A stretch of DNA of 64,000 nt from Geopsychrobacteraceae bacterium (GTDB taxonomy: Bacteria > Desulfobacterota > Desulfuromonadia > Desulfuromonadales > Geopsychrobacteraceae): positions 2,432,001 to 2,496,000 of the forward strand of contig OY759353.1 in the NCBI GenBank assembly GCA_963662315.1. Direction: 5' to 3'. The position numbers and the translations under genes were made by a program. This document shows positions 10,286 through 19,833 of the stretch, one piece after another (position 1 is the first letter of the stretch; every line of letters begins with the position of its first letter). The notes under the pieces are model-generated. The model was not told the DNA's origin, did no database searches, and saw only the letters and a list, made by a program, of their open reading frames with translations.

Positions 10286-12226
10286 TTAGTAATGGTACGC
10301 CAAGGTGACGAAGAAGGTCCGTCCGGGCATGAAATAGCCCTGATTGTAGGCATAGTTTTTATTAAACAGATTGTGGATATCAGCCGTGAGTGACAGATCA
10401 CCGTACTCAGCAAAACTGTCCAGGGTTTTGGTGACAGACAGATCGGTCACGGTAAAGCTTTTCAGCTTGGTTGCGCCGGTTTTCTCGTAATCGGTAATGT
10501 CCTGTTCACCGGTGTAGGCAAAATTGAGACAGGCAGACAAGCCTTTATTCGGGTTATTGAAACGCAGACCGTAAGATGCGCTCAGAGCTGATGTATAGGT
10601 CAGCTTATCGCCACTATCATCATCTTCATACTTATCCAGGTAGGTAAAAGACAGGTAGGGAATCAGTTCGTTGTTCCAGCCAGCCAAAGCACCGATATCA
10701 AATTGCACTGAACCTTCGAGGCCGGAAAGAGTGGCCGCACCAATATTCTGATAACGGGTCAAATCTTGACTGACAGCTTCATAGCCAATTTTATTTTCAA
10801 AATCGGTATAGAAATAGGTCATGCTGGCGCTGAAGGTTCCTGTTACAAAATCGATACCAGCCTCATAGGTGGCGCTTTCCTCGGGATCCAGATCAGGATT
10901 ACCGGACCAGATTCCCCAGCCATAAGCGCTGTAGTTGGTAAGCATAAATAGCTGATCAGGGGTCGGCATTTTAAAACCTTCCGCATAATTGGTGCGCAGG
11001 GTCACCATATCACTAACCTTAAAGGCAGCACCCAAGGTAGAACTCCAATTGGTAGAATCGGTACTGGCACCGGTATCGCTTTCGATATCAAACTTGTCGT
11101 AACGACCACCGGCAGAGAGGATCAGCTTATCATTGAGTAATTTTGTTTTGGTCAGAACGAACAGGGCGGGGTTGTCATAGGAGTTTTCTTTGCCTGATTT
11201 CATATTGGAATTGGAAATTTCATAGCGGATCCAGTCAACACCGGTGGTCAGACTGAGCAGGTCCCATTTCGCAGTGATTTGGGCATTCCCCCCTTTTTGC
11301 CGGGTATCACGGAAGTAATCGACCGTGCCATTATCAACGGTTTCATACTCGTCTTTACCATCAAAATAACGCAGGTTCCAGAACAGAAAATCATTGGCGG
11401 TCTTACCATCGTAAACGACATCCACCTGACGATTTTTCAGATTGACAGAGTCGTCCGGATCAACTGCGCTCAGGTAATTAGGGCTGCCAATACCTTCAGC
11501 ATTAAACCAGGAGTAAACCAGTCCGATCCGTTGCCCAGGAAGAAAATTCCAGCCGAGATTGGTGCTGAAACGATCCTTAGCATCAAAACCGGTATTATCG
11601 TAGTGTTTATCATCGCCTGTATCATAAGAAGACTGAGAAGAGGTTGAAGCACTCAGAGAATAATCAAACTGATTAACTTTTCCAGATACCCCGGCAGTGG
11701 TTTTAAGGTAATCCCAGCTCCCCAGAGTTTGCTCAACAAAAGCTGACGGCTTAGCTCCTTTTTTGGTGATAACGTTAACGACACCACCAAGAGCTGCAGA
11801 GCCGTACTGAACCGATCCTGGCCCGCGAATAATTTCAACCCGCTCCACGTTATCCATCATGATCGAAGCCAGGTTACCAGTGTTAACCCGCCGCCCATTG
11901 AGCAACAGGGTCACATAGCTGTTGGCAACCTGACCGTGAGTATCGGTAGCAAAACCACGAATCTGAACCGCCATCAGGGAATTGGGATACTCACGGATTT
12001 TGAACCCTTGAGCACCAAGCAGATCAGCAAGATCCTGGGCGGAAGATTCTTTGATCTGCTCTTCCCCGATAACGGTTACGTTAGTCGTCTGATCAGCCTT
12101 GGTTTCTTCAATACGACTGGCGGTTACCACAACCTGATTAAGGTCGGTCACCTCTTCGAACGCGCTAGCGGAGAAGGGAAAGCAAAGGGTCATGAACAGT
12201 AATGACCAGACATGGCAGTACTTCAT
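10286..12226 (-). CDS. TonB-dependent receptor, BtuB-like (first gene after a B12 riboswitch)
   Basis: VVVTASR, IRG, VERVEIIRGPGSVQYGSAALGGVVNVITKK, GNPDLDPE, NLFNKNY, PGRTF motifs. Confidence 0.92.
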   Translation of the reverse strand: MKYCHVWSLLFMTLCFPFSASAFEEVTDLNQVVVTASRIEETKADQTTNVTVIGEEQIKESSAQDLADLLGAQGFKIREYPNSLMAVQIRGFATDTHGQVANSYVTLLLNGRRVNTGNLASIMMDNVERVEIIRGPGSVQYGSAALGGVVNVITKKGAKPSAFVEQTLGSWDYLKTTAGVSGKVNQFDYSLSASTSSQSSYDTGDDKHYDNTGFDAKDRFSTNLGWNFLPGQRIGLVYSWFNAEGIGSPNYLSAVDPDDSVNLKNRQVDVVYDGKTANDFLFWNLRYFDGKDEYETVDNGTVDYFRDTRQKGGNAQITAKWDLLSLTTGVDWIRYEISNSNMKSGKENSYDNPALFVLTKTKLLNDKLILSAGGRYDKFDIESDTGASTDSTNWSSTLGAAFKVSDMVTLRTNYAEGFKMPTPDQLFMLTNYSAYGWGIWSGNPDLDPEESATYEAGIDFVTGTFSASMTYFYTDFENKIGYEAVSQDLTRYQNIGAATLSGLEGSVQFDIGALAGWNNELIPYLSFTYLDKYEDDDSGDKLTYTSALSASYGLRFNNPNKGLSACLNFAYTGEQDITDYEKTGATKLKSFTVTDLSVTKTLDSFAEYGDLSLTADIHNLFNKNYAYNQGYFMPGRTFFVTLAYHY

Positions 12227-12255
12227 AAAACAGCTCCTGGATAAATACCGGGCAT

Positions 12256-12297
12256 AAAAAAATCCCCGGATCGCAAAAAATAAACGACCTGGGGATT
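12256..12297 (-). terminator. Intrinsic terminator of riboswitch 1 expression platform
   Basis: AATCCCCAGGTCG...CGATCCGGGGATTTTTTT on the minus strand, about 30 nt before the ATG at 12226. Confidence 0.75.
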
Positions 12298-12364
12298 CCC
12301 TGTTCTATCCACAAGCTAAAACGCACACTCCTCCTGCCACGGAGATAAATGTACACCAATAATG

Positions 12365-12540
12365 ACATTCAGGCAGGTCTTCTGACTCCCGGTTCTTCCT
12401 ACTTGTCACGCCTTCCCATTCGTCTGTTGACAAACAGTGGCTACTTTGTGACTTTCGTCCCCGGTTACAGCGGCGGGCCCGTCCCCGATTCACACGGGGT
12501 TCCCTATTAAGCTCGATTAGGAGCGCCTGGATGGTAGTTG
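12365..12540 (-). ncRNA. Cobalamin riboswitch 1
   Basis: Minus strand: AGGCGC..TTAATAGGGAACCCCGTGTGAATCGGGGACGGGCCCGCCGCTGTAA...GCCACTG...GGGAAGGC...GAGTCAGAAGACCTGCC (B12 box). Confidence 0.95.
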
Positions 12541-12826
12541 TTTTTTCGATCTTCAATCAACCTGACATCCTTGATTGAGATCGACGAATTGTTAAAGAAA
12601 ATTTCCAGAATTATCAGGTTTAAGACAAACTTCAAGCAACTTAAAAGACGTCCATAAAATCTCCTAAGTGCCTATTATTAAAACCAAGAGTTCATCTAGT
12701 CATAATCTATCATTAAATACTGAGCTTACTCACGCTGCAAACCATAGATCATTACCGGTAAAAATGAAATACTAAATCATCATTTTATACAGAACTATTT
12801 TCACAAGCCCCGTCCTTAGCTGGCTA

Positions 12827-15800
12827 CTACGAGATCCGATTCTGTCTTCTTTGCCACCAGATACCACCACCAATAATTGCCAGTAACAAGACAACCGCTA
12901 ATGAAGCCAACCACTGCACCCCTGATGACGTTAATTCTGTGGTTTTGTCTTCATTGGTGACCTTCTCCATCTTATAGCCGTTGACATGTTCCGTTTCCGG
13001 ACCGGACTCTTGTACCGCCTGCCGCTGATCCGCACTGTCATTATTCTGTGTGTGTTGTGGCGGTTCTCTGTTCGGATCTTTACTGAATCCAGCCTGGAGT
13101 TGCTGCTGCAGTTGCTGACGCTCCTGTAACTGTTGCTCCAAAGGCTTCTGAGCCATCTTTTCGATGGCGACCTTAAACTGTTCAACCAGTTCGGGACTCA
13201 TAACCCCAGGGAGTGAAGCAATATTGATGACCATCTGGTTCAGAGCCGGGTTATTACAGGTGTGGTCACAACAGGCCACCCCCTGTTTCAGCATACTCTT
13301 GATATAATTACGAGCCAGGTTCTGCTGCACCTGTTCCGATGGATGCCAGTAACCTTTGCGCACCGCTTCCAGCATACGGGCGGTGATCGATTGATAGGCC
13401 CAAGGATTATTGTTTTCGAAGAACTCTTTCAGGTTTTGTTGATACTTGTCATCAACATAAACAGCATTGATCTGATCCCAGGATGCTGCGGCAACATCAG
13501 CCGGGGTGGTGACCTGCCAACCCCACAAGTACTCGACAAACTTGGCCATTTCGCGCGCACCGGCATAGTTTTCCTGCTTCATCCCGGCAATCCATTGCGG
13601 GTTCAGATAGCGTTGCTGAAGTTCCTGGCCAATAACCCGTTTTAATGGTGCAACCTGCACTTGGCCAGGCATTTTTTGCAGGGTGACGCGCGTATCCGGT
13701 GCTTCCCCCCGTACGTTGCGCACCGCCAGGGACAGACCACCTAAGTACTGGAACATGTCGTCATTATCCATGGTGGCATACAGATTGGAGGAGATAGAGT
13801 GAACCGCAGTATCGACATCCCTGAGGTTTTCAACCAACGCGGCACGCACCGGTATTCCCCACTGGCCATTGCCGATGGCGAAACTGCTGCGATTGAGGAA
13901 AACAGCAGCAATCTCATCATCTGACTCCCAGATGCCAGAAGCGCCACTCAACTCTGAGACACCATTACCGTAGGCGCCTGGCTTTTCGGTAAAGATGCGT
14001 AAGCGCGACTGGAATTCCGCCTCAGCAGCAGATATTCCCTGGGCAATCAGAGCCTGTTTGACCTTACTGCTGTTTTGTGCCAGCAGGTTCTCAATATCGG
14101 TCTGTAGCAAGGCTTTCTGCACTGCTGCGTCCAACCAAAGGAGCTTGTCAGGAAACAGATCACGGTACAGACCGGAAGCATTAATCAACACGTCTATGCG
14201 CGGACGCCCCAGCTTTTTACCCGGGATTGGTCGCGTCCCTGTCACCCGCCCCGAACTGTCCCACACCGGCTCCATGCCGAGCAAGGCAAGAATGGTACTT
14301 TCATTCACCCCCTCGTTACGAATGCTCTCTACCGCCCACAGCACCACCGCTACCTTATTCGGATAATGCCCCTGCTCCTGCAGTTTGTCCTTGATCAGAT
14401 CTTCAGCGGCCTGTTGCCCTAGCTTCCATGCTGCCTTACTTGGAATACGCGCCGATGAAAAAGCGTAAAAGTTCTTGCCGGTTGGCAGGGCATAAGGATT
14501 GCGCAGGGGGTCATTTCCTTCGCCAGTGGGGATATAACCACCACCAAGGGCTTTGACCAGATGATCCATTTCACGCTGCGCTGACATAGTCAGGTTTTCT
14601 TTAAGCTGCTCTTTATCCAGATCGGGATGAGCCTGGCTGATGACGGCAAGGGTGCCGGCGATCCCTTCATCTGAATAGGAGGTACCAAAGGTATGCAGAC
14701 CAAAGGGCAAAACGCCATCGTCAACTTCGTGCAAATAAAGGTCGATGGTTTCAATATCATCCGCACTCGTATTGGTGATACCAAGCACCTCACCAATACC
14801 GGTCTGTTGCAGAAGCGTATCAATCTGCTCCAGGTACTGCGCGGCTGTCGCTCCACCAACTCCAAAATTCAGTTCAAAGTTTTCAACCAGGTCGTGCAGT
14901 GCTGCTGTTTCATCGTGAAGATCGACATCTTTTAAAGCCGGGGTCATGTGGTCGATAATAACACCGCGGCCGCGCCGTTTAGCCTGAACCCCCTCGCCAA
15001 CATCATCAACAATATAGGGATAGATATTGGGAATAGCTCCAAGCATAATCTCTGGGGGGTCAGCAGCCGCCAAACCTGCCTGTTTGCCTGGTAACCATTC
15101 ATAGGTCGCATGAGTGCCAAGGTGAATCATGGCATCAGCACCAAAGGCATGCTGTAACCACAAATAGGCGGCAATATACTGATGATGAGGATAGACCGAC
15201 TGATCGTGGTAGAGCTTCATAGGATCGTCACTCCACCCCCGGGAAGGTTCAGGAAGTAATACCAGATGACCCAGGCGCACCAGGGGAATAACAAAATGAC
15301 CATCCTTGACCATGATCTTGCTATCTTCCGGTTCACCCCATTGTTTAAGAACTGGTCGGCGGAAATCTTCAGGAAGGGAATCAAACCACTGCCGGTAGGT
15401 TTTAACCGCCAGCATTTCAACTTCGCCACTGGCGAGCATGGCATCTAGCTCACCGGGAGCCCAGGATCCGATATTACGTCCCGTGCGCAGAACCATCTGA
15501 CGTACTTTCTCTTCCGTCAGAGTGTCATCCCCCTGGACCTGATAACCTTCCCGTTTAAGACGCTCACTGATGGCGGCGACACTTTTAAACACATTCAGAT
15601 AACTGGCCCCGACATTCTGCTTGCCCTGACTGTGATTGTAATAAAGCAGAGCCAACCTTTTATCCCTGTTTGCTTTCTGCTGTAAACGTGTCCAGTTTTT
15701 TAAGCGCGGCAGCAGATTGTTCAGGTTTTCCTCAACCAGATCATAGTAATAAAGCGGCTTATCAGTATCGGCTACAACCTGTTTCCGTTTGGCGCTGAGC

Positions 15801-16762
15801 ACGGTTGGTTCAATAGCGCCTGTGGTTTCCGGGTTAGCGATAGCCCAGGCCACTTCCATAGGAGCAATACCAACCGGATCGGCCTGCCAATCTTCAAGCT
15901 CATCACTATAAAGGCGGATCAGGTTAAAGACCGGAACATCAAGATCAGTGATTGCCTGTTTGACGCTATCATTCAAAGCTGACCAGAATTTAAGAGTAAA
16001 ACTGAGCAGCATGGATACCGGAGCCTGTCCGTCAGTACGCTGTAGAAACTGCTTAAAAACCCGGTCCGGACGGCCGAAACAGGGCAACACATTAAAGCCT
16101 TCCCGCTCTAAGCGAGAAATCAGGGCATCGGCAGCTTCAATCTGGCCATCACGCAAAGTCGTTATATAAAAAGTGACCCCCAGCCACGGCCATTTACCAC
16201 GTTCAGGATACTGATGGGAATACCACTGCTTATAACTGGTAACATCGCTGAACAAACGAGAACTGGCTGGATGATGAATAGCACTGGCGGGCATCTCCAC
16301 CGGCGGTGGATAATCGAGGGTGTCATCCACAGTCTGGTACAGTGCCCGCAGAATCATGCCGGTCACATTCTGACGTGACAATTGGGAATAATACGCGGCA
16401 ATATTTTCATCAAAAATAAACCCCTGCTGCTGCAAAGATTTATCGTCGCGTGAACCACGTAAAGCATAGACAGTTCGTCCGGTAACCAGATTGTGCTCGA
16501 GCAGGTAGGAACTTAGTTCGCTGCTCATAACATCAACCAGGATCACATCGGCTCCAGCCACAAACCGCGAGGCTTCAGCGTTATACTGCAGCTCTTGCAA
16601 CGTCAGGGAACGGACCTCATGCTGAGTGGGGAGATTAAGCTCTGCCACACCTTGGTAAGCAACAGTACTGTCGCCGTCAATCACCAGCAATGCCAGTTTA
16701 CCGGCATAAACTGGTGTCGTAATCACACCCAATAAAATAAAGATAAGCAGGCGCACCATCAA
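12827..16762 (-). CDS. cobN: CobN/Mg-chelatase H-like protein, exported and C-terminally anchored (paralog 2)
   Basis: HLGTHATYEWLPGK, AKRRG, LPTGKNFY, GRPRIDV, CCDHTCNN. Signal peptide and C-terminal TM plus Arg tail. Colinear with paralog 1. Confidence 0.9.
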   Translation of the reverse strand: MMVRLLIFILLGVITTPVYAGKLALLVIDGDSTVAYQGVAELNLPTQHEVRSLTLQELQYNAEASRFVAGADVILVDVMSSELSSYLLEHNLVTGRTVYALRGSRDDKSLQQQGFIFDENIAAYYSQLSRQNVTGMILRALYQTVDDTLDYPPPVEMPASAIHHPASSRLFSDVTSYKQWYSHQYPERGKWPWLGVTFYITTLRDGQIEAADALISRLEREGFNVLPCFGRPDRVFKQFLQRTDGQAPVSMLLSFTLKFWSALNDSVKQAITDLDVPVFNLIRLYSDELEDWQADPVGIAPMEVAWAIANPETTGAIEPTVLSAKRKQVVADTDKPLYYYDLVEENLNNLLPRLKNWTRLQQKANRDKRLALLYYNHSQGKQNVGASYLNVFKSVAAISERLKREGYQVQGDDTLTEEKVRQMVLRTGRNIGSWAPGELDAMLASGEVEMLAVKTYRQWFDSLPEDFRRPVLKQWGEPEDSKIMVKDGHFVIPLVRLGHLVLLPEPSRGWSDDPMKLYHDQSVYPHHQYIAAYLWLQHAFGADAMIHLGTHATYEWLPGKQAGLAAADPPEIMLGAIPNIYPYIVDDVGEGVQAKRRGRGVIIDHMTPALKDVDLHDETAALHDLVENFELNFGVGGATAAQYLEQIDTLLQQTGIGEVLGITNTSADDIETIDLYLHEVDDGVLPFGLHTFGTSYSDEGIAGTLAVISQAHPDLDKEQLKENLTMSAQREMDHLVKALGGGYIPTGEGNDPLRNPYALPTGKNFYAFSSARIPSKAAWKLGQQAAEDLIKDKLQEQGHYPNKVAVVLWAVESIRNEGVNESTILALLGMEPVWDSSGRVTGTRPIPGKKLGRPRIDVLINASGLYRDLFPDKLLWLDAAVQKALLQTDIENLLAQNSSKVKQALIAQGISAAEAEFQSRLRIFTEKPGAYGNGVSELSGASGIWESDDEIAAVFLNRSSFAIGNGQWGIPVRAALVENLRDVDTAVHSISSNLYATMDNDDMFQYLGGLSLAVRNVRGEAPDTRVTLQKMPGQVQVAPLKRVIGQELQQRYLNPQWIAGMKQENYAGAREMAKFVEYLWGWQVTTPADVAAASWDQINAVYVDDKYQQNLKEFFENNNPWAYQSITARMLEAVRKGYWHPSEQVQQNLARNYIKSMLKQGVACCDHTCNNPALNQMVINIASLPGVMSPELVEQFKVAIEKMAQKPLEQQLQERQQLQQQLQAGFSKDPNREPPQHTQNNDSADQRQAVQESGPETEHVNGYKMEKVTNEDKTTELTSSGVQWLASLAVVLLLAIIGGGIWWQRRQNRIS

Positions 16763-18777
16763 TGTTGATCCCTGGCAACCAGACCACTGAGCAAGGCATT
16801 AAAGGCACGTTTCATGACTTCAGGAAGTTCAGTATGACAATAGTTTTCTACGGCACTCGGTACAGCGGTACCCGCCAACTCTCCAGCCAGTTGCTCACCC
16901 CAGCGGTCAAAAGCACTAAGATCGCTAATCAGGCCGGCCTGATACTGATCACTCAAAGCCATGGCTGCAGCGATAAAGCCCGCATATCGATCATCTAACA
17001 GGACTCCTTCAAGCTGAGCAGCGATAGCATTAAACTGTTGCCGTGCCGGCCAAAGGTTCTTATTTAAAATTGTCCGGACGGAAAGGCCACGATCTTTTAA
17101 ACGAGTAAAAATATTGCGTTGGGGAGTAATCCCATTTTGCTGAAAAACCGCTTCCTTGACGCCCAGATAAACAGCACTGGCAATTAACTCCCCCATTTTA
17201 CTGTGGCCTCCGGCATTATCGATGGGACCGCCCTCCCCTTCGACCACGATAATGTTATCGGTTCCGGTGCCGGTGGCCTGAAACAGCTCCCCGGAATAGG
17301 AGCTGCGAATGTCGAGGTCCTGCATAGCGGCGCTTTTTGCCTCGGTCGCAGAGATGATGGCTCTGGTCATCGCCCGAGGTGAAAGCTGCATGTTGCTGAG
17401 CAAGATAATGTTGATGGTTCCTGGTTCGTAATAACCACCAACATCCCTCGACATACGCACAGCATTACTCTTGACCCCAGCCGTGACCAGGGCAAACACG
17501 TCCATATCGCGATAACTGGTATGCTTAACCACCAGGTTATCCATATCGGCACCAGTAAACAGCATACTGGCATGATCTTCTTCAAGCCCCAGCGAACCAA
17601 ACAGTTCTTCCCGCCCAGCGGCAAGGCCTTTATGATGCAGAATCCTCCAGGTTGGCGGCGGCGAGTAACTGTTTCCAACGCTTGTTACGTTATGACGTGG
17701 GCCTTCAAGGGTCGAGATAAGATCGAGGGGGCGGTTAAATTCCACCACCAGGCTTTTGTGGATAAAATCGTCTATACGGCTATGAACGACTCTGACCTGT
17801 TGAATATAGGAAAGAGGGACATCAAGGTTACGTTCGGCGATAATTTTGTTGGCTTCAACCCGCTCGTTTGAGTGAGAGAACTCTTCGGCATAGATATCGC
17901 CAGCCAGCCACTGCACAAAATAGCCAACATTGGTCCCAGCCCGGCAAGTCAGAGCACAGGGGTAATGAAAAACCTGATGTTCTTTCACGGCCGCAACATC
18001 ATGCCACCCAGTCGTTTGCAGCAGAGGTTCAAGAGAGCTGTTATCGTCACCACAACCATAAAGAACTTCGGGATTAAACTGTTGCCATTGCTCCAGAGAG
18101 ACCGGGACAATGTTCCCCTCAGCAACAAAATCGGGGGAGATCCCCCCAGCGGCACGAATAATCTCATTCTGAAATGAATCACTGCCAGGCGTCATCAGCT
18201 GCCCACGCCCCATCATGCGCATCACCCGTTTGCGTTTTTCCCGGGGGATTTTTGCAATCTTTTGCTTGATCAGTTCCAACTGTCGACGATTTTCAGCAAC
18301 CAGCTTTTCAGCCTGTGACTCGCATTTGAACAGGGCACCAAGGTTCAGGAGGGTTTGAAAGGATTCTTCAATAGAATTGATATCAATATTTATCAGCGTA
18401 ACATCAGACCCGGCAAAAAAAGCAGGAACATCATGCTGCAGACCGGAATAAAAAATAACCTCTGGCTGAAGGGCCGCAATCCGTTCCAGGTCCGGCGATA
18501 AAAACCCGCCAACCCGTTTTTTCCCGGCAACTTCCCGGGGGTAATCACTATGGTAGGTCACCCCGACCAGGGGTTCATCAACCCCCAGCCTTAATAACAT
18601 TTCAGTCACGGTTGGAACCAGAGACACGACCTTTTGCGGTGGGTGTGCAACTGATACCTTACGGCTGAAAACGTCCGTCCACTGAGTTACGGCATAACTA
18701 GAATCAGTAAAGAGTAGGAACATAAGAACCAACCCACCACTGATACCCCTCTTTACCTGCGTTACAGACATATACAA
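16759..18777 (-). CDS. cbiZ: BtuF-like binding domain-CbiZ fusion (paralog 2)
   Basis: PQKVVSLVPTVTE, LQPEVI; then FTGADM, VTAGVKSNA, GTINI, SATEAK, ATGTGTD. Confidence 0.85.
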   Translation of the reverse strand: MYMSVTQVKRGISGGLVLMFLLFTDSSYAVTQWTDVFSRKVSVAHPPQKVVSLVPTVTEMLLRLGVDEPLVGVTYHSDYPREVAGKKRVGGFLSPDLERIAALQPEVIFYSGLQHDVPAFFAGSDVTLINIDINSIEESFQTLLNLGALFKCESQAEKLVAENRRQLELIKQKIAKIPREKRKRVMRMMGRGQLMTPGSDSFQNEIIRAAGGISPDFVAEGNIVPVSLEQWQQFNPEVLYGCGDDNSSLEPLLQTTGWHDVAAVKEHQVFHYPCALTCRAGTNVGYFVQWLAGDIYAEEFSHSNERVEANKIIAERNLDVPLSYIQQVRVVHSRIDDFIHKSLVVEFNRPLDLISTLEGPRHNVTSVGNSYSPPPTWRILHHKGLAAGREELFGSLGLEEDHASMLFTGADMDNLVVKHTSYRDMDVFALVTAGVKSNAVRMSRDVGGYYEPGTINIILLSNMQLSPRAMTRAIISATEAKSAAMQDLDIRSSYSGELFQATGTGTDNIIVVEGEGGPIDNAGGHSKMGELIASAVYLGVKEAVFQQNGITPQRNIFTRLKDRGLSVRTILNKNLWPARQQFNAIAAQLEGVLLDDRYAGFIAAAMALSDQYQAGLISDLSAFDRWGEQLAGELAGTAVPSAVENYCHTELPEVMKRAFNALLSGLVARDQH

Positions 18778-18805
18778 TAATCATCCTGATAAAATATTCG
18801 TGTGG

Positions 18806-18846
18806 AAAACAGGCACCTGAACCAGCAAAATAGGTTCAGGCGCCTG
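18806..18846 (-). terminator. Strong hairpin with short U-tract upstream of btuF-cbiZ paralog 2
   Basis: CAGGCGCCTGAACC-loop-GGTTCAGGTGCCTG TTTT on the minus strand. Confidence 0.5.
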
Positions 18847-19022
18847 CAGACGGCTTTCAGAGAGAAGGGCAAGTTCCGCTGAAAACCAAAGGCAAACCTC
18901 TCACGTACATTAAATTAATAAAATCCACTTTCTCCAGATCTTACAAACAGGTCTGTCGACCTGATATCGCAGAATAGCTAGCTGCTCCCTTTCAAAACAG
19001 GTCTGCCGTGGACAAACATCAT

Positions 19023-19059
19023 AAAAAAATCCCCAGATCGCACGCACGACCTGGGGATT
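19023..19059 (-). terminator. Intrinsic terminator of riboswitch 2 expression platform
   Basis: AATCCCCAGGTCG...CGATCTGGGGATTTTTTT, near-identical to the riboswitch 1 terminator. Confidence 0.75.
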
Positions 19060-19119
19060 CCCTGATTTTATCCACAAGTAAAGTCACTCTGCCTTTGCCA
19101 CAGGCACAGTTTCGGCAAT

Positions 19120-19290
19120 TTTATTCAGGTAGGTCTTCTGACTTCCGGATCAATCTACTCACCACGCCTTCCCGCTCAAATGAGCAGTGGCTTGTGCTGT
19201 GGCGTTCGTCCCCGGTTACAGCGGCGGGCCCGTCCTCGAATTTCACGAGGTTCCCTGTTATGCTCATAACGAGCACCTGAATTGCCTATG
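19120..19290 (-). ncRNA. Cobalamin riboswitch 2
   Basis: Minus strand: AGGTGC..AACAGGGAACCTCGTGAAATTCGAGGACGGGCCCGCCGCTGTAA...GCCACTG...GGGAAGGC...AAGTCAGAAGACCTACC. Confidence 0.95.
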
Positions 19291-19833
19291 TCTTTTTGTC
19301 TGTATTTTGCTTGTATTAATCTTCAATAACGATCAAACCTGATGTTACTTCTAAACTCCTTTGCACCTTTTGTCAAATGAACATTTTTGAGTAAAAAAAA
19401 CCAATAAAAATTAAAAAGCTACTCCAATATACTGAATTCTCTACAGTTATTTTTCCTTTAACAGATCAGCCTGGAAGCCAGGACACAGATCAACCAGCGG
19501 CCTCTTCATGAATAAAATTCACCTCTCAAGCTGAAATATCTACCGCTTAAACGATAATCGCGAGTATCAGGTCTTGTTTTTTCATTTCAATCAATGGTAT
19601 TTCCTGCACGTCTGTATTTTTTCTCTTCAAAACGATCTGGTTTCTGTTCTGAAACATCTTTTTCCGTAATCAATTATGTCTATCCGTACGCTTAAAGACA
19701 GGCGTAACAGCGATACTCCTGTTTTTTAACCTCCAGACATTACGTAAACATCACGTTTCCGAATCAGAAACTTTTCTGATGCTCTCCCGCCTTCAGGGCA
19801 GGCTTATTCCAGCATTATTCCTCTTATCCATAA

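Noticed and set aside
12305..12556. ORFs overlapping riboswitches (12305-12556, 12165-12368, 19008-19280, 25033-25227)
   Set aside because: They coincide with cobalamin aptamers and terminators and have no recognisable protein features.
19290..19833. About 540-nt intergenic region with a 36-aa minus-strand ORF (MFQNRNQ...)
   Set aside because: No clear RBS or motif; consistent with divergent promoter DNA.
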